DNA of 64,000 nucleotides. Origin: an uncultured SAR86 cluster bacterium (GTDB lineage Bacteria; Pseudomonadota; Gammaproteobacteria; Magnimaribacterales; AG-339-G14). This document shows, piece after piece, positions 9,337 to 18,143 of the stretch. How positions within the stretch are numbered: the stretch's first letter is position 1; each line of letters begins with the position of its first letter. The DNA is taken from assembly GCA_902522825.1 (NCBI GenBank), contig CABYXE010000003.1:2212-66211 (forward strand), in the 5' to 3' direction. The notes under the pieces are model-generated. The model was not told the origin of the DNA. It did not search any database and was given only the letters and a program-made list of their open reading frames with translations. The position numbers were made by a program, and so were the translations under genes.

Positions 9337-9876
9337 ATGCTTGGTCACAAAGATATTCTTAAAATGGGAAATCCCATTTTGAGAAAAATTGCACAACCTT
9401 TTTCTGAAGATGAAATAAAATCTAACGAGACAAAGATTCTAGTAGAGAGGATGTGGAAAATAATGGAAGAAGCTGGAGGAATAGGACTTGCAGCTCCCCA
9501 AATTGCTATTTCAAAACAATTGGCTGTAATTAGGCTAGATGAATCTTCAGACAGATATCCCGGAATAGATTCTTCTCCAGAATATGTGATGTTTAATCCT
9601 AGAATTCAGCACTTAACTGAAGATACCCAAGGTCATTGGGAAGGGTGTTTAAGTATTCCAGGTTTAAGAGGTTACGTTGAAAGACCAAATAAAATCTCAG
9701 TAGATTTTACCGATCAGAATCTTGAATCAAAAAATCTAATTCTGGATGGTTTTTTAGCTACAGTTTTTCAACACGAAATTGATCATCTCAAAGGAAAGCT
9801 CTATGTTGATTTAATTTCAAATAAAGAATTATTACTTTACGAAGAGGAATTTATAAAACTTAATGAAAATAAATGA
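9337..9876 (+). CDS. def: peptide deformylase
   Basis: All three PDF motifs: GIGLAAPQI, EGCLSIPG, QHEIDHL. Confidence 0.9.
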   Translation: MLGHKDILKMGNPILRKIAQPFSEDEIKSNETKILVERMWKIMEEAGGIGLAAPQIAISKQLAVIRLDESSDRYPGIDSSPEYVMFNPRIQHLTEDTQGHWEGCLSIPGLRGYVERPNKISVDFTDQNLESKNLILDGFLATVFQHEIDHLKGKLYVDLISNKELLLYEEEFIKLNENK

Positions 9877-10367
9877 CATTCTCAGTTTTTGATAAAAAAA
9901 TGATGAATCTAGCAATCCATGAGGCATTAATTTCTGTGTCAAAAAATGAGGTTCCAATTGGTTCTGTATTAACAAAAAATAATAAAGTTTTAAGTAAGGG
10001 GCACAATCTTTCTATAGAACAGAATGATCCAACTGCGCATGCTGAAATAATAACGATTAGAAATGCTTGCGATAAAATAAATAATTATCGCTTAACTGGT
10101 TCCACTTTATATACGACTTTAGAACCATGCTTAATGTGTTTTGGAGCAATAATAAACTCTCGAGTAGAAAGGTTAGTTGTAGGAGCCTTAGATGAAGAAA
10201 ATGGAGCGCCTATTAGTAATGGAGAATTTCTGAATAAACTTGATTTAAATCACAAGATAGAAATTGAAGTCGGTTTGTATAGAGAAAGGTGCTCTGGAAT
10301 ACTTAAGAAGTTTTTTCAGGAGAAAAGATCAAATAAAAAACTTTGTCCAGACAGGGGCATGATCTGA
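9873..10367 (+). CDS. tadA: tRNA adenosine(34) deaminase
   Basis: CDA-fold motifs HAEI and PCLMCFGAI. ATGA overlap with def. Confidence 0.85.
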   Translation: MTFSVFDKKMMNLAIHEALISVSKNEVPIGSVLTKNNKVLSKGHNLSIEQNDPTAHAEIITIRNACDKINNYRLTGSTLYTTLEPCLMCFGAIINSRVERLVVGALDEENGAPISNGEFLNKLDLNHKIEIEVGLYRERCSGILKKFFQEKRSNKKLCPDRGMI

Positions 10368-11141
10368 AGGCTTTTCCATAGCTCTTATTTCATAATCAAT
10401 ACCAACTTCTTCAACCTTATCGTAAAGAGAATTTGTAACCCATAAGTGATCAATTCTTAAACCTCTTTTTGGACTATCATCAAAACCTCTACTTCTGTAA
10501 TCAAACCAACTAAATGTATCGCTGGACATAGGGTTTAGTTTTCTATAACTATCTTGAAATCCCCAATCTTTTATTTTTTGCAACCATTCCCTTTCTTCAG
10601 GAAGAAAACTACATTTCCCCGTTTGGAGCCATCTTTTTCTATTATTTTCTCCAATACCTATATCAATATCTTCCGGAGAAATATTTAAATCTCCCAAAAT
10701 TATAATATTCTGATCATTTGAAAAATTTTTATCTAGATGAGACATTAAGTCTTTAAAAAATTTTTTCTTATACGGAAATTTTATTGGATGTTCTCGACTT
10801 TCTCCCTGCGGAAAGTAACCATTTATGCAGGTAAGTTGACCATTTTTAATTTTATGAGTGCTAGTAATTAATCTACACTGAGCATCTTCCGAATCAGACT
10901 CGAAGCCTAATGAAGAAGAAATTAAATTACCTTTATAAAAAGTAGCAACTCCGTAATGCCCTTTTTGACCATTGATTATAATTTTGTATCCTAAATTTTC
11001 TAGAGATTCAAAGGGAAAATCATCATTATGTACTTTGGTTTCTTGAAAACAGATAATATCTGGATTTTGATTCTTAATTAATGCTTCAAGTTGATGAAAT
11101 CTTGCTCTTATTCCATTTACATTAAAGGATACAATTTTCAT
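10329..11141 (-). CDS. xthA: exodeoxyribonuclease III
   Basis: MKIVSFNVNGIRARFHQLEALI...FQETK is near-identical in pattern to the E. coli XthA N-terminus. C-terminal SDHAPVW. Confidence 0.9.
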   Translation of the reverse strand: MKIVSFNVNGIRARFHQLEALIKNQNPDIICFQETKVHNDDFPFESLENLGYKIIINGQKGHYGVATFYKGNLISSSLGFESDSEDAQCRLITSTHKIKNGQLTCINGYFPQGESREHPIKFPYKKKFFKDLMSHLDKNFSNDQNIIILGDLNISPEDIDIGIGENNRKRWLQTGKCSFLPEEREWLQKIKDWGFQDSYRKLNPMSSDTFSWFDYRSRGFDDSPKRGLRIDHLWVTNSLYDKVEEVGIDYEIRAMEKPSDHAPVWTKFFI

Positions 11142-11142
11142 A

Positions 11143-13179
11143 TTATCTTCTGTAAGAAACTCTAGAAGATTCTTTAATCAAAATTTGATCAATCAAAATT
11201 TGAGCAGCTTCCTCTAAAATAATTTCATCTTTTTTATCTGATATTTCGTCTAAGTCAGAATTAGAAAAAGCTTCGTAATTTTTAAAAGGGTTTAACCCTA
11301 AAGACTTTCTAAGTTTATTTTCTATTAACAATCTTTTTTCTTCATTAGTTTTACGAATTTCTTTCCTCATCGTCAAATTAACAGGTAGTAAGTTTCTATT
11401 TTTTTCAAGATCAAAGAGCTTTTTTGTCTCTGTAAGATACAAACTCATAGAACTATCTTTTATTCTATTATCTGAATATTTTTTTATAGAGTCTAAATTA
11501 GATAAATTATCAAAAGCCTCGTAATAAACTGGCGAGATGTCATTATAAGGCAATGCATTTTCGTAAGACATTTCTCCAATTTCTTGATTTGAATAAACAA
11601 AAGGCAATTCAATATCAGGAATTACTCCCTTATGTTGGGTGCTCTCACCTGAAACTCTATAGAATTTCTGCTCTGTAAATTTTATTTGCCCATAACTTAA
11701 GTTTTCCATTCTTTGTACAGTTCCTTTTCCGAAAGTTTGAGATCCAATTACTAAACCTCTTTGATAGTCTTGTATTACTCCGGCTAAGATTTCTGAGGCT
11801 GAAGCACTTAATTTATCAACTAATATAGCGATAGGGCCTATATAGTTTTGCCTTCCCATGGTGTGACCTAAGGGTTGAATAGATCCATTTGACTCCATTA
11901 CTTGAACAACATTTCCTCTGCCAATAAATAATTTTGCTAGTGAATATGCTTCAAATAAAGATCCGCCACCATTACCTCTCAAATCAAGAATAATTCCATC
12001 CGAACTATTTTTATCTAACTCTCTTAAAAGAGTCCTTACATCCTTTGAACTACTTTTATAGTTGTACCTATTTTTCTTATAGGCTTCAAAATCCATATAA
12101 AAGGTTGGAAGTTCTATGATTCCAATATTAAAAAGTTTTCCAGACCTATTAATTTCTAATTCTCTCTTTTTAGCTGCCTGATCCTCAAGCTTTACAACAT
12201 CCCTAGTAATTTCTATAAATTTACCAATGTCATCATCGTCCATAGAAGATGAAAGAACTTCTAATTTTACTTTTGTTCCTTTGGGTCCTCTGATTAAGTT
12301 AACAACTTCATCAATCCGCCAATCTCTTACATCTTGTATTTCATCTGTTAGTTTAGGTGAAACACCCACAATTTTATCTGCAACATTTATTAAACCGGAT
12401 TTCTCTGCTGGACCACCAGGAATTAACCTTACTATTTCTGTAATGCCATCTTTTATTGTCAAAATTGCTCCAATACCTTCCAAGGACAGATACATATTAA
12501 TTTCAAAATCTTCTTGATTTTTTGGAGTCATATAATTTGTATGAGGATCGTATAAACCCGTATAAGAATTTACATACATACTGAAAATATCGTCATTAGA
12601 TATTCTGCCTAGACTTTTTTCTCTATTAACGAGCCTTTTTATTAGTTTTTCTTTTGACTTCTCTAAATTCTTTTCTTTAAGAAAAATAGATATTAATTCA
12701 CTTCTTGCTTCATTTAAGTGGTAATTTGAAAGAGCTTCTTTATTTGAAAATCTAGATTCATTTTCTCTGTCTTTAAAAATAAATCCCTCAGTATCAAGCT
12801 GACTTTCTATACTTATGGCAGCTATTACTTCTTTTTGGAGATTTAATAAATCACTAGATTTTTGCTTAAAAAATTCAAAGGCTTTGAATGCAAATAATAT
12901 TTGCTCTTCATTGCTAAAGATAGACTCAGACATATATGCATCATAATCTGATTTTAAAAAAATCATTTTTTGACTATCGATGGAATTTAAATACTTTTCC
13001 TGAATTGATTTAACCTTGATATTTACATTTTTTTTAAAATGGTTTTCCTCAAGTATTTCTTCTACCTCAGATAAAACATTTTGATATAAATCATTATTTA
13101 ACCCCTCACTAGATTGAAGTAAGGGATAAAAAAATAGTAAAGAAACTAAAATAAATATGTTTTTATTTAAATTAAGCAT
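11143..13179 (-). CDS. prc: tail-specific (C-terminal processing) protease, S41 family
   Basis: PDZ GGPAEKSG, LRGNGGGSL, SASASEILAG, TFGKGTVQ. I place the start at the internal Met (MLNLNKNIFILVSLLFF signal peptide), which removes the overlap with the upstream gene. Confidence 0.85.
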   Translation of the reverse strand: MLNLNKNIFILVSLLFFYPLLQSSEGLNNDLYQNVLSEVEEILEENHFKKNVNIKVKSIQEKYLNSIDSQKMIFLKSDYDAYMSESIFSNEEQILFAFKAFEFFKQKSSDLLNLQKEVIAAISIESQLDTEGFIFKDRENESRFSNKEALSNYHLNEARSELISIFLKEKNLEKSKEKLIKRLVNREKSLGRISNDDIFSMYVNSYTGLYDPHTNYMTPKNQEDFEINMYLSLEGIGAILTIKDGITEIVRLIPGGPAEKSGLINVADKIVGVSPKLTDEIQDVRDWRIDEVVNLIRGPKGTKVKLEVLSSSMDDDDIGKFIEITRDVVKLEDQAAKKRELEINRSGKLFNIGIIELPTFYMDFEAYKKNRYNYKSSSKDVRTLLRELDKNSSDGIILDLRGNGGGSLFEAYSLAKLFIGRGNVVQVMESNGSIQPLGHTMGRQNYIGPIAILVDKLSASASEILAGVIQDYQRGLVIGSQTFGKGTVQRMENLSYGQIKFTEQKFYRVSGESTQHKGVIPDIELPFVYSNQEIGEMSYENALPYNDISPVYYEAFDNLSNLDSIKKYSDNRIKDSSMSLYLTETKKLFDLEKNRNLLPVNLTMRKEIRKTNEEKRLLIENKLRKSLGLNPFKNYEAFSNSDLDEISDKKDEIILEEAAQILIDQILIKESSRVSYRR

Positions 13180-13189
13180 TGTTGAATTT

Positions 13190-14074
13190 TTAAAATTTAT
13201 TATTTGAGATAAGAACATCCTTTTCTTTCCACTGCTCATTTAACCATAATTTAAAGTCAGACCTAAGTTCTTCTCTTGAAATTAGTTTTTCGTCTAAATA
13301 TTTTTTGGGAATTTGAGTTTTTGAAATAAAGATTTTTATATTTTTTATATTTCCACATAAATAATTCCAAAACCCTAGATTTTTGCTGTCGTAGATTATA
13401 GTTATATCAATCAATTCTTTTATTTTATTAACATTGCTTAAAGCCACGGCTAGGCCGCCTTCTTTAGGTTTAAGTAAATTCTTAAATTCGCTTTGTTGCT
13501 TCCTATGTTTTTCTAAAGAAAATCTTGTCCCTTCTGCATAGCTAAATATAGAAACAGGATGAAGAGAATAGTGTTCTAAAGATTTTTTCATTTTTTTATA
13601 GTCTCTACCTTGTAGTTTAGGATTTTTTTTAATTTGTTCTTGGGTGTATCTCTTTAAAAAGGGCATATCTAGAGCCCACCAACAAATTCCAATAATTGGT
13701 ACATAAATTAACTCATATTTTATGAAGAACTTAAGCATTGGTATTTTTCTATTGGTTAGATACTGAACTATAAAAATATCAGCAGCACTTTGATGATTGG
13801 AGGTAGATAAGAACCAAGAATTACCGTTTAAATTTTCTAAGCCAACAATATTCAATTTTGGGTTATGCAATTTAATAACCCATATTGAGTTAACGCTTAT
13901 CCAAATTTCTCCAATTGAAATAATAATTCTTGTAAATGAAGCTCTTAATTTTTTTAGCGGAATTAAAAATTTAATAATTCCCAATGGAATCATCATTAGA
14001 GCGAGCATCAAGGTGTTGATAACTAAAATTGATAAGGAAAAAATTCCTACAAAAGTACTTCTCAAACTAATCAT
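13190..14074 (-). CDS. PlsC-family acyltransferase (YihG-like)
   Basis: H-x4-D acyltransferase motif NHQSAADI, later YAEGTRF. N-terminal TM helices. Confidence 0.6.
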   Translation of the reverse strand: MISLRSTFVGIFSLSILVINTLMLALMMIPLGIIKFLIPLKKLRASFTRIIISIGEIWISVNSIWVIKLHNPKLNIVGLENLNGNSWFLSTSNHQSAADIFIVQYLTNRKIPMLKFFIKYELIYVPIIGICWWALDMPFLKRYTQEQIKKNPKLQGRDYKKMKKSLEHYSLHPVSIFSYAEGTRFSLEKHRKQQSEFKNLLKPKEGGLAVALSNVNKIKELIDITIIYDSKNLGFWNYLCGNIKNIKIFISKTQIPKKYLDEKLISREELRSDFKLWLNEQWKEKDVLISNNKF

Positions 14075-14103
14075 TACTCTTGTAAGAGTAATGGTTTTTT
14101 CAA

Positions 14104-15234
14104 TTAATAACCAGTTAGCTCTGCGTATCTATTTCTATGATATTCGGTATTTCCAAAAGTCTGTTCTGCTACTCTAGCTCTTTTCATGTAAAGGCCAATA
14201 TCGTATTCATCAGTAACTCCAACACCTCCATGCATCTGAACACCTTCATTTGAAACATTAAAAAAGGTTTCACCCATTTTTGATTTAGCCAAGCTTGCTA
14301 TTCTTTGAAGATCATTAGAACCTTCGTCAAAAGCCGTTAAAGCTTCTATCACACAAGATTTACATAACTCTAATTCTGTAAACATGAGAGCAGCCCTATG
14401 TTGTAGCGCTTGAAAAGAGCCTATTTTTTCGCCAAATTGTTCTCTTTCTTTAAGATAATTTAAAGTAATATCGAAAGCCTCCAAAGCTCCTCCTAACATT
14501 TCAGCTGATAATGCAGCTCTCGCAATATCTAGGGTTTCGTCGATAGTCTCTTTAGCTGAGTTTTCACTTCCAAGTATGTTTTCTGCAGAAGCAACCACGT
14601 TTTTGAATTCGATATTAGCGGAATTTTTATGATCAACCATGACTGTTGGTATGATGTTCAATCCCTTTGAGTTTTTGTCTAGAATGAATAGAGAAGATCC
14701 ATCTTCTTTGTCAGATGTTTTTGCAGCAACAATTATATAGTTTGCAAATCCACCATCGATAACAAAATTCTTTTTTCCATTAAGAACAAAAGTGTCTTTA
14801 TTTTTTTGGGCTTCTAACTTTATTGAAGAGGGCTGATGCCTCGGACCTTCTTCTAAAGCGAACGCCATTGTAATATCTCCAGATGCTATCTTAGTTAGAT
14901 ATTCTTTTTTTTGAGACTCATTACCTGCCTTATTTATTAAAGTTGCACAGACAACGGAAGTTGCAAATAATGGAGAAGGGGTAAGCGTTCTTCCTAATTC
15001 TTCTAAAACAACCCCAATACCAGCTAATCCAAAATTAGAGCCTCCATATTTTTCTGGAATAAGAATTCCTGACCAACCTTGAGCTGCCATTTCTTTCCAA
15101 ACATTTCTGTCGAAACATTCAGGGTTTTCTGTATCTCTTATTTGCCTAAAATGAGTAGTCGGTGTTTTTTCTTGAGCAAATTTTTTAGCAGTGTCTTTTA
15201 GAAATGATTGTTCTTCACTGAGTGTAAGAGTCAT
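14104..15234 (-). CDS. acyl-CoA dehydrogenase family protein, beta-like (non-catalytic?) partner
   Basis: ACAD fold (MHGGVGVTDEYDIGLYMKRARV). Has FALEEGPRHQ instead of xSEPxxGSD, LDIARAAL instead of L..ER, and TFGNTEYH at the C-terminal catalytic-base position. Confidence 0.75.
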   Translation of the reverse strand: MTLTLSEEQSFLKDTAKKFAQEKTPTTHFRQIRDTENPECFDRNVWKEMAAQGWSGILIPEKYGGSNFGLAGIGVVLEELGRTLTPSPLFATSVVCATLINKAGNESQKKEYLTKIASGDITMAFALEEGPRHQPSSIKLEAQKNKDTFVLNGKKNFVIDGGFANYIIVAAKTSDKEDGSSLFILDKNSKGLNIIPTVMVDHKNSANIEFKNVVASAENILGSENSAKETIDETLDIARAALSAEMLGGALEAFDITLNYLKEREQFGEKIGSFQALQHRAALMFTELELCKSCVIEALTAFDEGSNDLQRIASLAKSKMGETFFNVSNEGVQMHGGVGVTDEYDIGLYMKRARVAEQTFGNTEYHRNRYAELTGY

Positions 15235-15258
15235 AAATCTATCCTAGAGAGTTAAAAC

Positions 15259-16473
15259 TTATTGTGGAAGATCAAGAACTCTTTTGGAAATAACGTTTAA
15301 TTGTACTTCCGATGTTCCACCTTCTATTGAGTTAGCTTTTGTTCTGAGCCATTCTCTAGTTACAGCAAGCTCTTCTGGTCCAAATTCACCACCTTCCCAT
15401 CCTAATCCTTGTGTGCCCATTGCTTCGAGCATAATTTCATATCTGCGCTTGTTATGTTCAGAACCAAAAAACTTAAAAATTGATGTAGCTGCACTAGGGC
15501 CATGGTTAGAATTTTTAGCTTCTTCAGAGGCTCTTTTTAAAGTCAATCCAAATGCATGAGCATCCATATCACTTTTAGCAATTTTTTGTCTTAAACCTTC
15601 ATCAGAAATTTTACCTTCACTTGACTCTACGTATTTTTTTGTCAAGTTAGCTAAGCCAGAACCTGATTTACCTTTGCCTTTACTTCCAGCAGCAGATCCT
15701 CCTAAACCCATACTTGCCAACATTTTTCTTTCATGTTGAAGTAAATTTTTAGCTACATCCCAACCTTTATTTAAATCATGAACTAAGTTAGCTTTTGGAA
15801 CGACAGCGTCAGTGAAAAATGTTTCACAAAAAGGCGATTTACCAGAAATTAATTTGATCGGTTTAGTTTCAACACCAGGTTGATCCATATCTATTAATAA
15901 AAAACTTATACCATTATGTTTTGGTTCCTGAGGACCTGTTCTTACCAAAGTAAAAATCATATCGCACTCGTCAGCATATGAAGTCCATACTTTTTGACCA
16001 TTAACAATGAAATTATCTCCATCCTCAACAGCTTTTGTCTTTAAACTGGCTAAATCAGAACCAGCGCCCGGTTCGGAATATCCTTGACACCATCTGATTT
16101 CTCCTTTAATAATTTTGGGGATGTGTTCCATTTTTTGTTCATGGGAAGCATATTCTAGAAGTGCTGGACCTAACATCCATAAACCAAAGCTAGCTAAAGC
16201 AGGTCTAGCTCCAATTTTAAAAAGTTCTTCAGCAAGTATCTTATTTTCGTCGTAATTAAGTCCGCCGCCACCATATTCACTAGGCCAGGTCGGTGCAGTC
16301 CATCCTTTTTCTCCCATTCTATCAAGCCAGAGCTTTTGATCTGGATGAGAAAATTTAAAATTTCTTCCACCCCAGCAAGCACCATCCGCTGACATAGGTT
16401 TTCTCATTTCTGCCGGACAATTTTCTTCCAACCAATCTCGTGTTTCTTGTCTAAAAGTGACTAAATTCGACAT
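15259..16473 (-). CDS. acyl-CoA dehydrogenase family protein, alpha-like (catalytic) partner
   Basis: YSEPGAGSDLASL, GQKVWTSYA, NLLQHERKML (Glu at the IVD-type position), IEGGTSEVQLNVISKRVLDLPQ. Confidence 0.8.
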   Translation of the reverse strand: MSNLVTFRQETRDWLEENCPAEMRKPMSADGACWGGRNFKFSHPDQKLWLDRMGEKGWTAPTWPSEYGGGGLNYDENKILAEELFKIGARPALASFGLWMLGPALLEYASHEQKMEHIPKIIKGEIRWCQGYSEPGAGSDLASLKTKAVEDGDNFIVNGQKVWTSYADECDMIFTLVRTGPQEPKHNGISFLLIDMDQPGVETKPIKLISGKSPFCETFFTDAVVPKANLVHDLNKGWDVAKNLLQHERKMLASMGLGGSAAGSKGKGKSGSGLANLTKKYVESSEGKISDEGLRQKIAKSDMDAHAFGLTLKRASEEAKNSNHGPSAATSIFKFFGSEHNKRRYEIMLEAMGTQGLGWEGGEFGPEELAVTREWLRTKANSIEGGTSEVQLNVISKRVLDLPQ

Positions 16474-16550
16474 TAAATACCTCTTTGTGTGAATAATTTA
16501 GGATAATAGCTTAATCTGAGGTATTTTATAAATCAAGATTTTAAATAGAA

Positions 16551-17270
16551 ATGAGCTTAGAATTTTTTTTAAATAATCCCGAATGGCTTTGGGTAATAAC
16601 TGTATTTTACGATTTATTAATAGTCGTATCGCTTTTTTATTTTTTTGGAAAAAATGGTCTCTATGTTGCAGTCATATTAGGAATTGTTCTAGGTAATCTT
16701 CAAGGCGGAAAAGTAAGTGATTTATCTGTATTTGGATATACTTTTACAGTAAGTATGGGTGCAATCATGTATTCAGGAATTTATTTTGCAACAGATCTAA
16801 TTAATGAAAAATATGGAAGGTCTTCTGCTAACGAAGCAGTAATTTTAGGAGCAATAGCAAATGTAGTAGTAATGTTAACTCTAGTTTTGAGTACCTACTA
16901 CTTGCCCTCTGAAATTGCTAAATCATCTAAAGATGTCCATGACGCTGTATCAACTTTAGCTTTTTATTCACCGATTTTTGTTATTGGCTCTTTAAGTGCC
17001 TACTTGATAAGTCAAACTTTTGATGTTTGGTTATTTCACAAATTAAAAGTTATGACAAACGGAAAATACTTATGGTTACGAAACAACGTTTCAACTTTAT
17101 CGTCTCAAGCGCTGGATACTTTCATTTATACTTTCGTTTGGGTTCTGGCAGGAGAATTATCTTTCATCGTTGCCTTAAGCATTGCCTTAACAAAATATAT
17201 TTTTAAAATTTTTATTGCTTTATTGGATACAATCTTTATATACCTAGTCAAAGATGTAAGAAATGATTAA
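16551..17270 (+). CDS. yhhQ: queuosine-precursor transporter (YhhQ/VUT, DUF165 family)
   Basis: About 6-TM protein with YSGIYFATDLINEKYG and SQTFDVWLFHKLK, resembling YhhQ. Confidence 0.6.
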   Translation: MSLEFFLNNPEWLWVITVFYDLLIVVSLFYFFGKNGLYVAVILGIVLGNLQGGKVSDLSVFGYTFTVSMGAIMYSGIYFATDLINEKYGRSSANEAVILGAIANVVVMLTLVLSTYYLPSEIAKSSKDVHDAVSTLAFYSPIFVIGSLSAYLISQTFDVWLFHKLKVMTNGKYLWLRNNVSTLSSQALDTFIYTFVWVLAGELSFIVALSIALTKYIFKIFIALLDTIFIYLVKDVRND

Positions 17271-17294
17271 TAATAAGCAGATTATTTAATAAAA

Positions 17295-18143
17295 ATGGCA
17301 AAAATATCTAAAATTTCTATTGTGCATTCTGTTTCAAGGAAATTTGAAGCAGCATTAGAAACATGTACTAAAACCTGCGATGAATGTTTAGCAGAAGTTC
17401 AGGGAATTTTCTCTATCAATGATAAAAGCTTAAAAGAAAAAATTTCTAAAATTGAGCCCGAACTAGTTTTAGTTATCGGAGGAGACGGCACAATGATAAG
17501 TGCCATTCGAAATCTTTTGTCCTTAAATATTCCTTTTTTAGGAATTAATATTGGTAAATTGGGTTTTTTGACAGACATTAATTTAGAATCTATCGCAGAT
17601 GAACTTCCGAAAGTCTTAAAAGGAGATTATGTCAGAGAACAGCGACCTTTTTTAGAAGTTTGTTTAAGTAACAAAAATAAAAAAATTGCAATCAACGAGG
17701 TAGTTTTTCATTCTGGAAAAGTAGCAGAAATGATGAGTTTTTCTATTTATAAAGGAAATAAATTAGTCTCAAATCATAAATCGGATGGTGTAATCGTCAG
17801 TTCAGCTACTGGTTCAACAGGTTACTGCTTTTCTGGAGGAGGACCAATAATCCATCCCACGTTATCTGTTTTTGCAATAATGCCTATGTTTTCTCAGAGT
17901 TCTGCTTCAAATCCTCTTATCGTTCCGTCTAACGAAGATATTACTATTAAATTAGCTAATAAAAATAACGCCTCTATAGTCATAGATGGTTATACTGACG
18001 AAGAAATCAAAGAAAATCTTGAAATTATAATTTCACAAAAAGATCTTTATTATGAACTTATTCATCCTTTAAAATATGATTATTTTGAAGCTTGCAGAAC
18101 TAAACTGTCTTGGGGAAACCCGTTGGTGAACATACATGATTAA
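17295..18143 (+). CDS. nadK: NAD(+) kinase
   Basis: GGDGTMISA, INIGKLGFLTD, SSATGSTGY motifs. Confidence 0.85.
   Translation: MAKISKISIVHSVSRKFEAALETCTKTCDECLAEVQGIFSINDKSLKEKISKIEPELVLVIGGDGTMISAIRNLLSLNIPFLGINIGKLGFLTDINLESIADELPKVLKGDYVREQRPFLEVCLSNKNKKIAINEVVFHSGKVAEMMSFSIYKGNKLVSNHKSDGVIVSSATGSTGYCFSGGGPIIHPTLSVFAIMPMFSQSSASNPLIVPSNEDITIKLANKNNASIVIDGYTDEEIKENLEIIISQKDLYYELIHPLKYDYFEACRTKLSWGNPLVNIHD

Noticed and set aside
13180-13239. 20-codon N-terminal extension of prc that would overlap the upstream acyltransferase gene by 50 nt
   Set aside because: The internal Met at 13179 is followed directly by a typical signal peptide and leaves a clean 10-nt gap to the upstream stop. The extension has no signal-like features.
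16474-16550. Possible preQ1 riboswitch upstream of the yhhQ-type queuosine-precursor transporter
   Set aside because: The context is suggestive. However, the spacer lacks the short P1 stem, the conserved loop and the A-rich ...AAAAAACUA tail of preQ1-I, and I could not fit preQ1-II/III either. The only structure is the 9-bp inverted repeat reported separately.
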